From: Podarcis liolepis
Lineage: Eukaryota
DNA: 64,000 bases
Assembly: GCA_965112155.1 (NCBI GenBank)
Contig: OZ218098.1
Strand: one strand, 5' to 3'
In this document: piece after piece, positions 50,607 through 64,000 of the stretch
Layout of the letters: each line of letters opens with the position of its first letter
How positions within the stretch are numbered: position 1 is the stretch's first letter
Notes under the pieces: model-generated
Database searches by the model: none
What the model was told of the DNA's origin: nothing
The model's input: only the letters and a program-made list of their open reading frames with translations
Position numbers and translations under genes: made by a program

Positions 50607-52379
50607 GGAGATTGTGGATGTTTCTGTGCAAAGCAGCGTAGTAATGGGAGCATGCTCACGCTTGCAGACTGGTAATGCACTGGGTGTGACTGTTGATTCA
50701 ATGAGGCTTGTCTGCTAGGCTCTTTTAATGGCACAGCTGGTATTTTTGTGAGGCAGCTGCTTGCAAAAGCCAAATGAGCTCATCAGGAGTCACCCAAAGA
50801 CTCTGTGTGAAGAACGGATCCCCAGAGCGGTCTCACAGTGGAGGCCCATTCCCATCTGCAGAGGACGAACACTAGGAATAAAGGAAGGGAAGCATCCAAT
50901 TCATAACTGTGCAGCTGGGCAAGAAAGGCAAATTGTATGATCAATACAATACTAAGAGACTAAGGATCTGCCCCACCTCCGACATCCTACACTTGAGGGC
51001 AGGATTACAACAGTCACACCAGGGATTACCTCCAACCTCAGAGATTGTCTTTATTATCCATCATATTATTATTGCCCATTAATCATCTCTTCCTCCTTAC
51101 ACTGTTCTGGATCATCTCTGGGCTAAACATATACTCTATGCTTGTGTGTTGCAACACACACAGAGAGAGAGAATATCACAGGTTTCAGGATCTCTCTTTT
51201 CAGATGTATGTTCATTTCTAGTGCTTATGACGGCAGCTGATTTCCACTGTACAGGGCATGGATGAAAGTCCAGATAGCTCAGTGCCCTTTACTGTAACTT
51301 CCAGCACTGCCCACAATCACTCTTCAGCAGACACCTTTCACTTCTTGCCTGTTACTTCTTTGTGACTTTGCAAAGAACCATGGAATTAAAATAAAATGAA
51401 GGCTTGTGTTTTGCATTCCTCCCCCCACCTGTGACCTGCTCTTGTTAGTCTTGTCATGTTTTATTATTTATGTTTGTATGCAGAAATTATAATAATTGCT
51501 TTGTGAAGGTTTTTCACTGATTCTGTAACAGATAATTAATAAAAATCTAAAATAAAATAACGGTCAATTATAGGATGGCCCACTGTTTCTCAGTTTACCA
51601 CGGCATAAGCAACAGCGCACAGCTCAGGCTGTGCTGTACCAAATGAGAGTTGTGGGGGAAGGGGCCCCCAAATATCAAATCACATTATTGCATAAGTAGT
51701 TCTGAAACACAGCACTGCCTAGGGTGGTTTCATAGAGCTCATTATTCCATTCTGAGTCCTTGGTACCCACGAGTGAGGGAGGGAAGGGAATGGGGTGAGG
51801 AGGGGATAAGGAGCTGAATAGAAAAGTATGATGGAGCAGAGAGTTTGAAATTAAAGGGCAGCAGAGGCCAAAATGTCATTCCTGCAGCTGTAGCAGCCGC
51901 CGCCAGCAGCCTGTCTGGAATTCCAGTGCCAGCTCCCCTACACACACACTTACATATGCACAAGCACACACACATACACATACACACTCCTACTAGCTAG
52001 CTGCATCGGGAGTTATTGTTTTTGCCAAGTTAACATTTCTGAATCCAGTTTATTCTTGGAGATTCGGTGCTCATACTGTGTTTGCCTATGCAAATCACAC
52101 TGTGGAAGAGGAAAAGGGTTTATAAACCATATAAAGGAAGGGGTTGCGTACTGCATTTGTACACGAAAGCCAATTGCATCACATTGAGAGCTGAATCTAC
52201 AACCTGGGAAGGAGAAAGAAGATCTGTGTCTCTTGAGAAGTCCAGGGACTTTCATGGGCTGCTCACTGAAAGACATATAACTAGGAGATACTACGTTGTC
52301 AAACACACCTTTGTTAACCTAGGCGTTCTCCTTTGTATGCAAGAAGGACCTTGCAAGGAAATGCAACACAGCTATTAAT

Positions 52380-53172
52380 GTAGGAGCACAAGGGCCTGCT
52401 AAATCAGGGCAAAGGCCAATCTGGTTCAGCATCACAGTGGCCAACCAGATGCCTAGGGGAAGCTTGAAAGCAGAACCTGAGCACAACCGAATCCTCATGA
52501 ATTCAAGCAACTGGAATTCAGGGGCATGCTGCCTCCAACAGTGGACAGTGTGGCTAGTAGCCACTGGTAGCCTTATCCTTCATGAATTTCTCTCTCTCCT
52601 AAAGCCATCCAAGTTGGTAGCCATCATTGCTTGCTGTGAGGACGAATTGCATAGTTATCTATGAGTGTGGGAAGAAGTACTTTTGGGGGGCTGTCCCGAA
52701 TCTTCCAACATACTTCACTGGATGTCCAAGAGCCGCGGTATTATGAGAGAGCAAGAAGAGCTTCCTCTGGCCACGCTCTCCACAAGATGCGTAATTTTAC
52801 CTGCCTTTTCTCAAAACTGAAAAGCTCCTTATGTTGTAGCCTTTCCTCATGGGGGAGTTACTCTGTTTCCTTTATCATTTTGGTTGCCCCTTTTGGAATG
52901 CTTTTCCAGCTCTACAATATCCTTTCCGAGGTGAGGCAAATACACAGTATTCCAAAGGCAGACGCACCATAGATTTGTATAATGGCATTAGGATGTTGGA
53001 AGTTTTATTTTCAGTTCCTTTCCTAATGATCCCCACCATGGGATTTATACTTTCCACAACTGCCACACATGGGATCGACATCTTCACTGAGCAGTCCACT
53101 ACCTGCCTAAGTTCTCATTCCTGATCAGTCAACTCCAGTTCAGACCCCATGAGCATATATGTAAAATTATTA

Positions 53173-53205
<33 letters not shown>

Positions 53206-53245
53206 GCCCCCTTGTGCATCCTTCCGCACTTGTTTACAGTGAATT
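52380..53245 (-). mobile_element. CR1 LINE 3' fragment with internal (ATT)n expansion
   Basis: Minus ORF ...GIIRKGTENKTSNILMPLYKSMVRLPLEYCV... is a CR1 ORF2 motif; (TAT)n at ~53166-53205. Confidence 0.8.
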
Positions 53246-55899
53246 CACCTTTGCCAGCCTTAGGCCACCTCATTCAGCAGTAGCCCCACTGCTGAACCGT
53301 TTCAATCTGATGTAACTGTACTCTGTCTTCACTTACACCAGCATGCTTTTTAGCAGCTTCTTGTGTATTGGATTGCTCTCTTATGGGTATGTGACTTGGT
53401 TAGTTCACTCGGTATCTGAATATTATGTTTTCTATTCACATCCGAACCCAATACCCTTGCTGCTGCACCATGTTACATCAAAATAGCCTACTGCCATTTA
53501 CCACCATTGCAAATGTAGCCATTGCGAAACAAAGGCAAATTATGGTTTATCTGTCAACATGGCCAAGCACATAATGACATTCTCTGTCATTACCCTTCTC
53601 AGGCTGGGTTATCAGGGACAAGTTCTGCCCTGTTTCAACAAGAAAACCCAATGATGTGGGCAGGAGTTTTTTAACATTATTGTGAACAACCAAGGCAACC
53701 ACATCTCTCCAGGAATGTGCAAAAGGAGCCTGGGATACTTTGAATTTTCAGTGCTTGACATAAACCTGATTGAAGCTGTACCGTGTGGCAGAATGCCTCT
53801 GTGGCTGTGTGACAGTTTGCACAGTGCATGTCAACACCAGAAGCTGGGAGACACATCCACTAAACATGAATTCACTGGCTCCTTATCTGTTACAACAGCA
53901 TATCTATGAAAAGGCAAGTGTAAAGTAGGCCTGGGCCACAGGTTGCAATAATACCGGTGAAACAAGAATTTTGGGATGCCTCTTTCTCTTTGGATAATAA
54001 TAACCAATTCCTATGACTAAACATACTGGATGGAAGCTAGAAGTTGAGAGCCAAGCTATAAATGTCCAAGAATGCCCTGCCAGTTGAGAATTCACATTAT
54101 GTTAGCTTTAGGCACACAGAAAGGTGCTTTAAATGGGAGAGCATTTAAACAAATTATCCCCTTATCTGCAGCCTGAAATGACATGGCCCAAATAATGATG
54201 TACCATGTGATATTTCAGCATGCATAGTTTTCCTTTGAGCCTTTGAAGTAGGACTTAATTCCACATGCATGTGTTTACATTCATTGCATTACTTCCCTCC
54301 AAGTTTTAGCATTCTGTGCATTTATGCAGCTCAAAAACCTCCAAGGTTGAAATTCACACACTGAGGTCGTACATGATGTTAGTGGGTTGGTTGACAATCA
54401 ACACATTTTAAAACAACTACACCTAAAAGCAGGACCTCTCAGTCCCGTAGACTACAAGTGGTTAAAAAAACCCATGACAGGTTTTCTGGCTCCTTTCTCA
54501 CATTGTGAAATAAAGTTTTGTTGCAACCCTGAGATAACCGATAGAGATAATATTTTAAATTATTTTTAGAATTTTTTTATCACTGCTGCCTCAGCCAAAC
54601 ATGGTTGCTTCAGGAGGAAGGGCAGGGTATAAAAGGAGCAATAATGATAACAAGGGCAAAGCAGGAAGAGAAGCCCACAGGAACAGAACCTAAAGGAAAA
54701 ATCTGCATACTACTACCCACAAGGGCACAATCAGGCACCATATTGCGGGGTGTCCCAAATTATTTCAATGAACCGCTGTAAAAAAACAACCACAGTATTT
54801 GAGATGTCAGTCTCAGAGAATAAAGGCAAAAAAGGACTTCTCTTATTAGACTAATGATATGTGTAAGGAAGAACTCAAAAACCACACAGACCTCTATTGG
54901 TTCAGTGATAGATATTGCCTTCTCTATGTATAGGTCCTCAAAAATCTCCCAATACTGAGAGGTCGTCCCCCCACTTTTACTATGCAACAGGGGTTGGGAA
55001 CCTACAGCCCTCCATATCCTGTTGGACTCCAACTCCCATCATCCCTCACCATCAAGCCATGCTGGTGACAACTGGTGGGAGTTGTGGCCCTATATATGCT
55101 GCTGGGCTACAGGTTCCCCACCTGCTATTACACAATCATGTTTTAAAATTTCTGAAAAGCCAGATTTAAATAATTTACAACGGGAGTTGCCCAACCTAAG
55201 CAAGCAGACACCCACCCACACCCCACAGAGGGAGGAGGGGCAGGAGGGAAGCAAGGCAGGAGTCAGGTGAGGGGTGAGACTACAGGCCAGTGTGTTTTAG
55301 GGAAACGATTATATGCACATGTCTGCACTGATCTCCTGACATAACAACATTCCTGAACAGCAGGAGATGGAGAGCTACAGTTTTCGCTCTAATAGCCGCC
55401 TGGGGTCACTGGCCAGCCTCGAATTCCCTCCTATTCCAAAGCCATTCACATTATCTTCAGGTTCACACACGGCCGTCAGGTTTCCCCTGGAGGGGGGGCA
55501 CGAACAGTTTAAGCCTCAAACCCAATTATTTCCCATTTGCGGTTAAAAACTCACCACCCCCGGTGGCTGAGGGCACATACACACCATTAGGCCACATTAT
55601 TTCTGGCGAATTGCTCCAAAATTCCTCAGATTCTCCAGTCCCGCCTTTCCAATCCACTATTCCACCCATGAGAATTCGCTTGGAGGGGTCGGAAAATTCA
55701 CCTCAGTTGTGCAACCGAAGAGTAACTAAAAGCGATTTAAACGGCAATCTTTCCCTATCTGCTTTCCTGGAAGTAAACCGTCGGAGCTCAACGGGTCTTA
55801 CTTCTGAGCCAGGCACGTATGGGATGGAAAACTATAGTGCCTCAAGGGACCTTAAGGAAAGGGAAAAAGCAAACACCCGCGATTTCCTTCTGTGGTACT

Positions 55900-57020
55900 T
55901 TAGGGAGGAGGATGCATACGGACTCGCCTAACTCAAAAGGCGCATCAAGAAAGGCGCAACTGCGCCCGCGCGCGCGTTTCCCGGGCTCAGCAGGATCCCA
56001 AGGGCCGTCTACAGAATTCCCGGGTGTGGGTGAGAGAGAAATAACTCTTATTTACAGACGGCCGTGCGAGAGCAGCAAAAGTAGGTCCACGCCTCCCTTA
56101 ACAACTCGGGAAGCGCGCGATTATATGTAGCAGCACAAACCAATTTCCGCGTGGGCGGGCAAAGCTTTTTAGAGGATAAGCGATTCCGAATAATCCCTGG
56201 GGAGGTGGGAACCCCGACGGCAGGGAGGCACCTGCGGCCGGATGAGCACACCCGTCCGGGGATGGGGCCGTGCCCAGGGAGACGGCGAGCAAGAGACAAG
56301 GGGCTGAAGGAGATTCGCCAAATCCCAGTCCGGAGCATGCACACGATCCTTAATCCTGTCTCCGGTGCAAATGAGAGACTCGAGAACCCCCGTCCCATAG
56401 GGGTTTGCATCCAGAGCCACTTAATGCAGGCAGCGATCCCCCCCCCCCAAAAAAATCCTCCAAGAGTTTAGCCACCCGATATTAAAAAACAAACAAACCC
56501 AAAAAACTGACCCGGGCTCCGTAAAGCCGTGTAAGCCGCTCCGGCGCTCAGCAGTTCGAGATCCACGCGACGAAAGACTCCGCTGAGATTAGAGCTGGCT
56601 AGGCAGGAAGCTCCCCGCCGAAGGAGGCTTTTAGGGAAAGAAGGGGGAAAGAAAGAGCGGGCGGGTCACCAACGCTCCGGGTAGGTGGAGACTCCGGAGC
56701 CGCAAGGAGGGGCCGCGGTCGGAGGAAGCGAAGCGGCTCTTCCCTCTTCCTAGTAATTATTAACCCAGAGCTACCTGGGCCGCCGCCGCCACGCGCAGTT
56801 TCTCCTCTCCCGGGGAGGGCGCGCCACTAGGCCGGGCGGAGCAAGTCGGAGTTGCTGAGCTATAGCTCGGGGCAATGGCACCGCCCCGAAACTCCCGCCT
56901 GCCTTGCCCTTGCCCTCCCCGTGCCAGATTTAGGACAAGGTGGTGGAGGGGGGAGACGCTTCCCTGGCCTGACCCTGCCGGTATCGGACTTGGAGGCACC
57001 TGCTAACGATCGCCTCCATA
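55900..57020. promoter_or_regulatory. PLEKHG3: CpG island, likely PLEKHG3 promoter and non-coding first exon
   Basis: Sharp rise in GC and CpG density, GC boxes (gggcgg), upstream of the minus-strand gene; possible donor CAG|GTAGCT at 56775/56774. Confidence 0.75.
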
Positions 57021-57624
57021 TGGAACGCCACACCAAAAAAGGGAGACAAAGGTGATGTTTTTATATTGGGCCAAGCTTCCGTTAGTATAACAGTAGTGTA
57101 GAAACTGCCGGGATGTAGTAAACTAGCCGTAACGAACCATATATCAAGCGTTATAATTTGTGGATTGAATCCTGACTACGAATTTTTAACCATTATATGG
57201 GTTAATTGGCTTACCAATTACAGGACGCCTGTGTTGTCAACAACTGTTTTGTGAGTTACCACAGCTAATTGCATGATTGCACTCTTCTGCATTTGCTTTC
57301 ACTCTAAACTCACGGTGTATAATTACCCCCCTTCAAACCATGTTGTACATATGTAACATTTCATGTATCTGATTCAATGGATGGGAGTCTTTGAAAACAT
57401 ATGCTGTAATAAATTTCTTAGCCTTTTAGGTGGCCAAAAAACAACAACTTGTTTTTGCTGCAAGAGACTTCGTCCGATGAACAATTGTCCATAAAAGCTG
57501 GTTCTAGAAGAAATTTGTCAGACTTCACCTGTGCTATAAGATACGTTGCTGTCAATAATGGCAACACAGTAGATGGGCAGGGCTTTGAGTGAGGATAATA
57601 ATGTGCTTGACCTTATGTCTGATC

Positions 57625-57770
57625 CAGTGGCATAGCATGGGTTGTCAGCACCCGGGGCAAGGCAAGTAATTTGCGCCCTCTAACCCGTGGATTTGCGCCC
57701 CCTAACCCTAACCCCCAGATGTTGCGCCCGGTGCGACCGCCCCCCCTGCACCCCCCACGCTACGCCACTG
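57625..57770. mobile_element. hAT-type MITE
   Basis: TIRs cagtggcatagcatggg / cccacgctacgccactg, perfect 8-bp TSD gtctgatc. Confidence 0.9.
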
Positions 57771-58562
57771 GTCTGATCTGTATGTTATGGTTCTAGGTCT
57801 GTGGCTGGATATAGACTCTGTACATTCACTTGAATAAAGTATGTTTTTAAATAATTCTTCATTTAAAAATAAAAAGGAAACAGGATTTAAAAGTAAATCC
57901 CATTAGAATCAGTGGGACTTTTTCCAGCCAAGCATTCTTAGGATTGGGCTGGAAAATGTTATGTTTCAACAAGCATTTCCAAACTACAGTAATGTCACAT
58001 AGACAAAGGAAACTGCTTTGGAAAACCTATCACTTTTTATTTGACCATTTATACAATTTCAGCTGAGAGTGATGAGTTAACCACTTCAATAGAAGACCAG
58101 ACTATTGATCTTGTAGTATTTATTTTAATTACAGCTGCCAGTTGCTACTTCACTCATTCACATCCATCTTTTGTTGTGTTTGGCACAAAACTCAAGAGAT
58201 GCCATGCCTGTCAAACAACGGATTCCACAGCTATGGAAGAAACAGAAAACTAAACCTATAACCAATGCTTATACCGTAAATGCTTAATGGATTTTGGTAA
58301 GGCAGAAATTCAGGAACTTAGAGAAGTGTGGAACAGTGAATTAGAAGGTATTGCACAGCCTAAACAATAGAAAATTGCTTTAGAGTCTAAACAGAGTATT
58401 TCCTTGGACCTGAGATTGATTCAGGAAAAATTAATATTTTGAATGTATTGGACTCCACAACTTCTGTATCAGATTGTACTGTCTAATACAGAAGGATGTT
58501 GTAATGCTGAAAATGCCTCTTTGAGGCATATGATGTGAGCTTATCCAGTGGTCTGAAGTTGT

Positions 58563-58886
58563 TAAAAGGTAAAGGACCCCTGACAGTTAAGTCCAGTCGC
58601 GAACGACTCTGGGGTTGCAATGCGCATCACACTTTACTGGCCGAGGGAGCCGACGTTTGTCCGCAGACAGTTTTTCCAGGTCATGTGGCCAGCATGACTA
58701 AGCCGCTTCTGGTGAAACCAGAGCAGTGCACAGAAACACTGTTTACCTTCCCGGTGGAGCAGTACCTATTTATCTACTTGCACTTTGACGTGCTTTCAAA
58801 CTGCTAGGTTGGCAGGAGCTGGGACCGAGCAATGGGAGCTCACCCCGTCGCGGGGATTCGAACCACCAACCTTTCAATCGGCAAGT
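58563..58886 (-). mobile_element. Sauria SINE lacking the extreme 5' end
   Basis: aaaggtaaaggacccctgac...ggggattcgaacc; colinear with 44452-44812. Confidence 0.85.
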
Positions 58887-61335
58887 TGTTACTCACCTCA
58901 ATTTTGTATTGGCAAAATCCTTTATATTTGCTGACATTTATATACTTTTTAATTATGTCCCTATAATATGAGGTTTAATGGATGGACCAAAGTAGGTTTT
59001 GCAAGCCTTTATGGTGGTTAAGAGACTTACATTTCAAGCCTGGAAGGATAAATACCTACTGCCAAATACACAATGGTCTGAGGACCTCACTCCCCAACCT
59101 GAACATATTTCATATAGGCATCAGTTTAATTTTGGACATCTGGAGGGCTTATATTGATGTATACGTTTAATTTAAGATTTATTTATTGATGGTCACTGTA
59201 TCCATAATGTGAACTGATGGTGGTTTCTGTTACTGTTACTACTACTAATAACAATAATAGTAATAATTTGTTGTCATGTTGGTGTTTTGTGTTTTCTTTC
59301 CTCTTTAATTTTCTTTCCTCTTTTTCCATTTCCTTTTCCTTGTAAAATCTGCAAATTAAAATAAATAAATAAATGCCATGGGAGAAACAGGTAAACATTT
59401 TATGACTGAATACTTAGCTTTCCCTGTGAGTGGTAGCAATTTACAGTCATAAATAAAGCACAAAGCATGTATAGGTAGGCAGGCCTGATTCTAAGTTGGT
59501 GTTACTCAAACATTTCAGCAGCCCTCAGAGTTCAAATATGGGTTGCAGATATTTTTTAAAAATTAACATCAGTCACTGTTTACACAACAGAAAGGGAGGA
59601 GCTGGGGGGGTCATTCCTGAGGACATCTGTGATTGGCACAGGATTTGTCTGAATCTATCAAGTAAGGCTTATTGTGAGTAGCAAAGCAATTTCATCCAAT
59701 GCAACTTTCTAAGAAATCTTTATGCACAATAAGACCTCTCCTTTGTGATTATGGTTATACACTGAAAATTAATAAAACTTCTTATTAACAAATAAATTAA
59801 AAAGACCTCTCCTATGAAGTGCTTCTGTGGTAACATACATTGAAATAAATTATTCCCAGAGACTCATGTGCCACCCTGCATTGAACCTAAGGGAGGCTGA
59901 TGCTGGCCCTATCTGGTGTTTTACCCTGGATGCACAGCTATTAGTCATTATAGCTAAACAGAACCTCCATGCATAGAGACAGTATATCTCTTCATACTGC
60001 ATGGGGATGACCATCAATTTTATGCCCTGCTGGTAGACTTCCAGAGGCATTTGCCTGGCTGCTGTTGGACGAATAATGCTTATTTAGATGTGCAGTGATC
60101 TGATTAGGCATGCTAGGATGTGTAGACAAAAGTATGAGAATAAAAATGTGAAAATAATTCATGCAGTACAATATATACGTGCAATAATTTAGGAAATAAG
60201 AAGAGGCCAGGATATGCACCATGACACTATATGATTGCATGTGGAATTATTTGAGCCAAAATAGGATGCTTGATGCCTTTTTTAAAGCTTGACTGAGTTT
60301 TCATGCGCATGTAACAAGCTGTAATCTACAGAGCTGCAAACTACCTAAATGTAATGGCAAATATGCCAGGAAGGCAAATATATCTTCCAGATACCCAAAA
60401 CATGACCCAAAATACAACCAACCAGACGCAAGTTGCAGCATTGTGGGTGTCAGGCACCCATAATTTCTGGATTTAATAAGTGTTAGAATGCAATCAGTGT
60501 TTGGAGAGTTAAACTGGTAGATACACTCTTAATAGCTGGACTCATCTTCCCTTGTTCAGGCCAGCCTGATAATGGCTGAGTCATTAAACAAACAAAGACA
60601 GGGTGATGACCCATCAAGAAAGCCATAAGCAAAGCTCTGGATTAACTAGAAGAACAAAGGCCGGTAGCATAGTTCAGGTTAGCAGTTTTTGCTTGATGTG
60701 AGTTGGAGGAAAATTGTTCCAACCTGTAAGCAGCAATGCAACAGAGAAGCAATATTAGTGGGGTGGGAGAGCTGAGAATAATGTCAATATATTTTTATGG
60801 TCAACGTTGCAGGCGGTGGCCTAGATGACCCTTGGGGTCCCTTCTAGCTCTACCATTCTATGATATGGAGAGGGGCTCTCCCACCTCACTATATAGATGG
60901 CTGCCTAGTACAGGGTTAGGAGTCATACAATGTAGGAGTAAAGCAACAGATTAGAGACAGAGAACCCGATGGCTGGCATCCTTTAGAATCCAGGGCTGCA
61001 CCTAGGATAGAAACAATAACCTCTGGGGGTGTAACGTGCACCCTTCCATCATAGGCTCAGGTTGTATATGTGTGTAAATAAACCATATATCATAAAGACA
61101 CCACAGTCTCTTCTGTGCCTCATTGTCCAAAAAGGAAACACAAACACAGGGTAAAACGTGCCTGGAACTCCCTGGAATCTCACACGGCTGTGAAGTTTGG
61201 GGGTGGTGTTTAACAATGCCTTAACGGGCATATAATAGTCTAATTACACAGCAAGAAATGGAATATGCCCCTTGGGGGAAATAGTATGTCTGCCCCACCC
61301 ACCCCACTAGCTTGTTCACTTCTACAGCTGCTTTT

Positions 61336-61708
61336 GTGTTGGTGCTGACCTTTAAAGCCCTAAACGGCCTCGGTCCAGTATACCTGAAGGAGCGTCTCCA
61401 CCTCCATCGTTCTACCCGGACACTGAGGTCCAGCACCGAGGGCCTTCTGGCGGTTCCCTCACTGCGAGAAGCCAAGTTACAGGGAACCAGGCAGAGGGCC
61501 TTCTCGGTAGTGGCGCCCTCCCTGTGGAACGCCCTCCCACCAGATGTCAAAGAGAACAACAACTACCAGACTTTTAGAAGACATCTGAAGGCAGCCCTGT
61601 TTAGGGAAGCTTTTAATGTTTGATGTATCATAGTATTTTAATATTCTTTTGGAAGCCGCCCAGAGTGGCTGGGGAAACCCAGCCAGATGGGCGGGGTATA
61701 AATAATAA

Positions 61709-61759
<51 letters not shown>

Positions 61760-61760
61760 T
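61336..61760 (+). mobile_element. Young L2 LINE 3' fragment with (ATT)n tail
   Basis: ORF ...LTFKALNGLGPVYLKERL...QRAFSVVAPSLWNALPPDVK...FRRHLKAALFREAF; 3' UTR ends gggcggggtataaat, then (TAT)n. Confidence 0.87.
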
Positions 61761-62646
61761 TCAAGAATGTGGAGTTGTGGACTAAGATGGAAGGATATTA
61801 GGTAGGACCTGAGAGACAAAGATTAAAATCCTCCTCAGCCATGAAGATCCTTGGGCCAGTCACTGTTGCTCAGCCTAGCCTCCCTCACAGAGTTGTTGTG
61901 AGGATAAATTGGGGAGTGGAAGAACCCTGAGCTCCTTAGAGGAAAGCTAAAAGCTCACATAAATAGGTATATAACAAGCAAAAAGTTAGTAGGTGAGGGC
62001 CCCTCATTACCTGTATAAGCCTCCTTGAATACACATGCATTGGATTGGGCAGTGAAAGGGAAGTTTCAAGAGTGGGAACCCTGATTTGTAAGTGAGCATC
62101 CCTTCTCACTAGGCAGGGGGCAGGGCAGCAGGAGACAGCCCCAGACACACCATAATGTCTTCCTCCATCCACCCAATACCACCCAAGAGGAAACAGTGGC
62201 GGCGGGGGGGGGGGAGGACTTGAAGTTAAAGAGGCAATGCAAACCCCGCTGTTTCAGATTCTGCATCTCTGAAGGTGACTTTCAGTTTGAAGGTATCTCT
62301 TGCAGCCATCAGATAACTTTAACATGCATGCAGTGTTCAAAACTCCCATTGTTCTACATGCATTTTGCAACAGGGAATTTCTTAGTACTGCGTCTAAGAT
62401 TTCAGATTAAAACTGCAGTGTGGAAGGAAACAAGGACCTTCCAGCTACAGGGACTTCCAGCTACTCTGAAGACTGGAGAAGAGACCCTCTTAAGAACATT
62501 AAGGGGTTGGACAGGGGAAGGACTAGGCCATACGAAAAATGAACATATATTTTAGCTGCAGTTCATTCATTTCCAGATTTGTATTCTTGTTATAAAAAAG
62601 TGAGCCTAGACATTCCATTGCTGCACCCATAACCTAGGTTTAAGGT

Positions 62647-62832
62647 CAAAATAAAAAAAATTCCTTCCAGTAGCACCTTAAAGACCAACTAAGTTAGTTC
62701 TTGGTATGAGCTTTCGTGTGCATGCACACGAAAGCTCATACCAAGAACTAACTTAGTTGGTCTTTAAGGTGCTACTGGAAGGAATTTTTTTTATTTTGAC
62801 TATGGCAGACCAACACGGCTACCTATCTACAA
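62647..62832. mobile_element. Penelope-like retroelement terminal remnant forming a perfect inverted repeat
   Basis: gtagcaccttaaagaccaac...gagctttcgtg resembles reptile Penelope-like termini; 62645-62800 is self-complementary; flanked by direct repeat ctaggtttaaggt. Confidence 0.75.
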
Positions 62833-63815
62833 CTAGGTTTAAGGTGCCATTTAGCTCCTAGCTTCCATATCTCAGTTTCTAACACTATCTGCTTGTGCCC
62901 ATTCATCAGGACCAGCAGAACGGTTGTCAGAGAGAAAAGGCTGAAATGCTGTAGGGCAAACTATGTGTGCCATTGGCACCTCAGCTTCCCTTGTAGACCT
63001 GATTTCCTAAATTTCCCATTAGTCCAATGGATAGTCAGGCCTTGAGAAGCATGGAACTAGAATGGGTTGGTCAGGTACAGAGATAGGTAGTGGGAAGGTT
63101 GCCTTTGCCTCTCCCTGAGGATATGTGAAATACAGGTGGGTCCACTTAGAAGCTGTCCTGGTCCACCATTGTGTCTCTGTTCCAGCCCAGGGCCTGTTCT
63201 AGCTAGTGCCTACGTTCCCAGAAGCAGGCCTTCGTCAGCCACCTGACTGGCACAATAATGCTGCCATTCTGCATTGGAAGACAGGGTGCATTGTACAGCC
63301 ACAGCCGCCTAAGAGCTGTTCATGCAGCTCTTCTGCCTGAAAGGAAGTATTGTTTGAGATGACCCAGCCCTTCAACCTCTTCCCAACACCAGGGAGGCAG
63401 AGCTGCTCCCAGCAGACAGAACAGCGCCATTCAGAGTCCTCCACATCTCCATCCCACAGCAGCTGCTGGTGGCTCTGCCCTCTCTTGGTGCTGTGAGGCC
63501 CTAGAACAACAAGGACTTAGGGAGGCAGGGCAGGCTGGACCTTGCCACTGAAAGCTGCACCTTCAGCCATGGAACACAGAAGGAAGCAGAAGGAAGGAGG
63601 ATGAAATAATATAAGTGCCAGCTGCTGGTTCTGTGCCCAGTTCCAGCCAGAGATTATTCTTGTCAGGACTGAGGGATTGCACTGGTTCATGGTAGTGCTG
63701 TCTGGAATGTGTGTCATGCTGTTTAGGGACCACCCAGAACCAAAACCTGGTTCCGAGAAACAGCTCCCAGAATAGCAGAAGAGAAGGATTGGGTAAGGTG
63801 GAGAAACTGCTTTTA

Positions 63816-64000
63816 CAGTGGTACCTCTGGTTACGTGCTTAATTCGTTCCGGAGGTCCGTTCTTAACCTGAAACTGTTCTTAACCTGAAGCACCACTTTA
63901 GCTAATGGGGCCTCCCGCTGCTGCTGCACCACCACCATGCAATTTCTGTTCTCATCCTGAAGCAAAGTTCTTAACCCGAGGTACTATTTCTGGGTCTGTA
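63816..64000. mobile_element. Tc1/mariner (Tigger-like) MITE, right end incomplete at window edge
   Basis: TA + cagtggtacctctggtta..., near-identical to 31302-31524. Confidence 0.85.

Noticed and set aside
60861-61215. Possible solo LTR (TG...CA, internal AATAAA)
   Set aside because: No target-site duplication or second copy in the window to support it.

Overview
Vertebrate genomic DNA, most likely a squamate (probably lacertid) lizard, judging by Sauria-type SINEs and other squamate repeats. It holds two convergent, intron-containing genes in the arrangement known from mammals. On the + strand are the last four coding exons of erythroid beta-spectrin SPTB (PH-domain long isoform, stop at 5308-5310) and a long 3' UTR. 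On the - strand is essentially all of PLEKHG3, a DH-PH RhoGEF: I traced its coding exons by hand from 36388 to the stop at 11896 with consistent GT-AG phases, and a CpG-island promoter lies at about 55.9-57.0 kb. The rest is intron or intergenic sequence with CR1, L2, L1-like, Penelope-like, SINE and MITE remnants and microsatellites. Most ORFs in the track are chance or shadow frames. I found no convincing new multi-gene system. The best leads are: a perfect 156-bp spacer-less palindrome from a Penelope-like insertion with a 13-bp TSD; an apparent ATG-to-GTG change at the PLEKHG3 start overlapped by a short uORF; a frame-required 8-nt microexon and a cluster of cassette exons in PLEKHG3; and a possible back-to-back poly(A) site shared by the two genes. 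Homology calls rest on recalled protein and repeat sequences, not on database searches.
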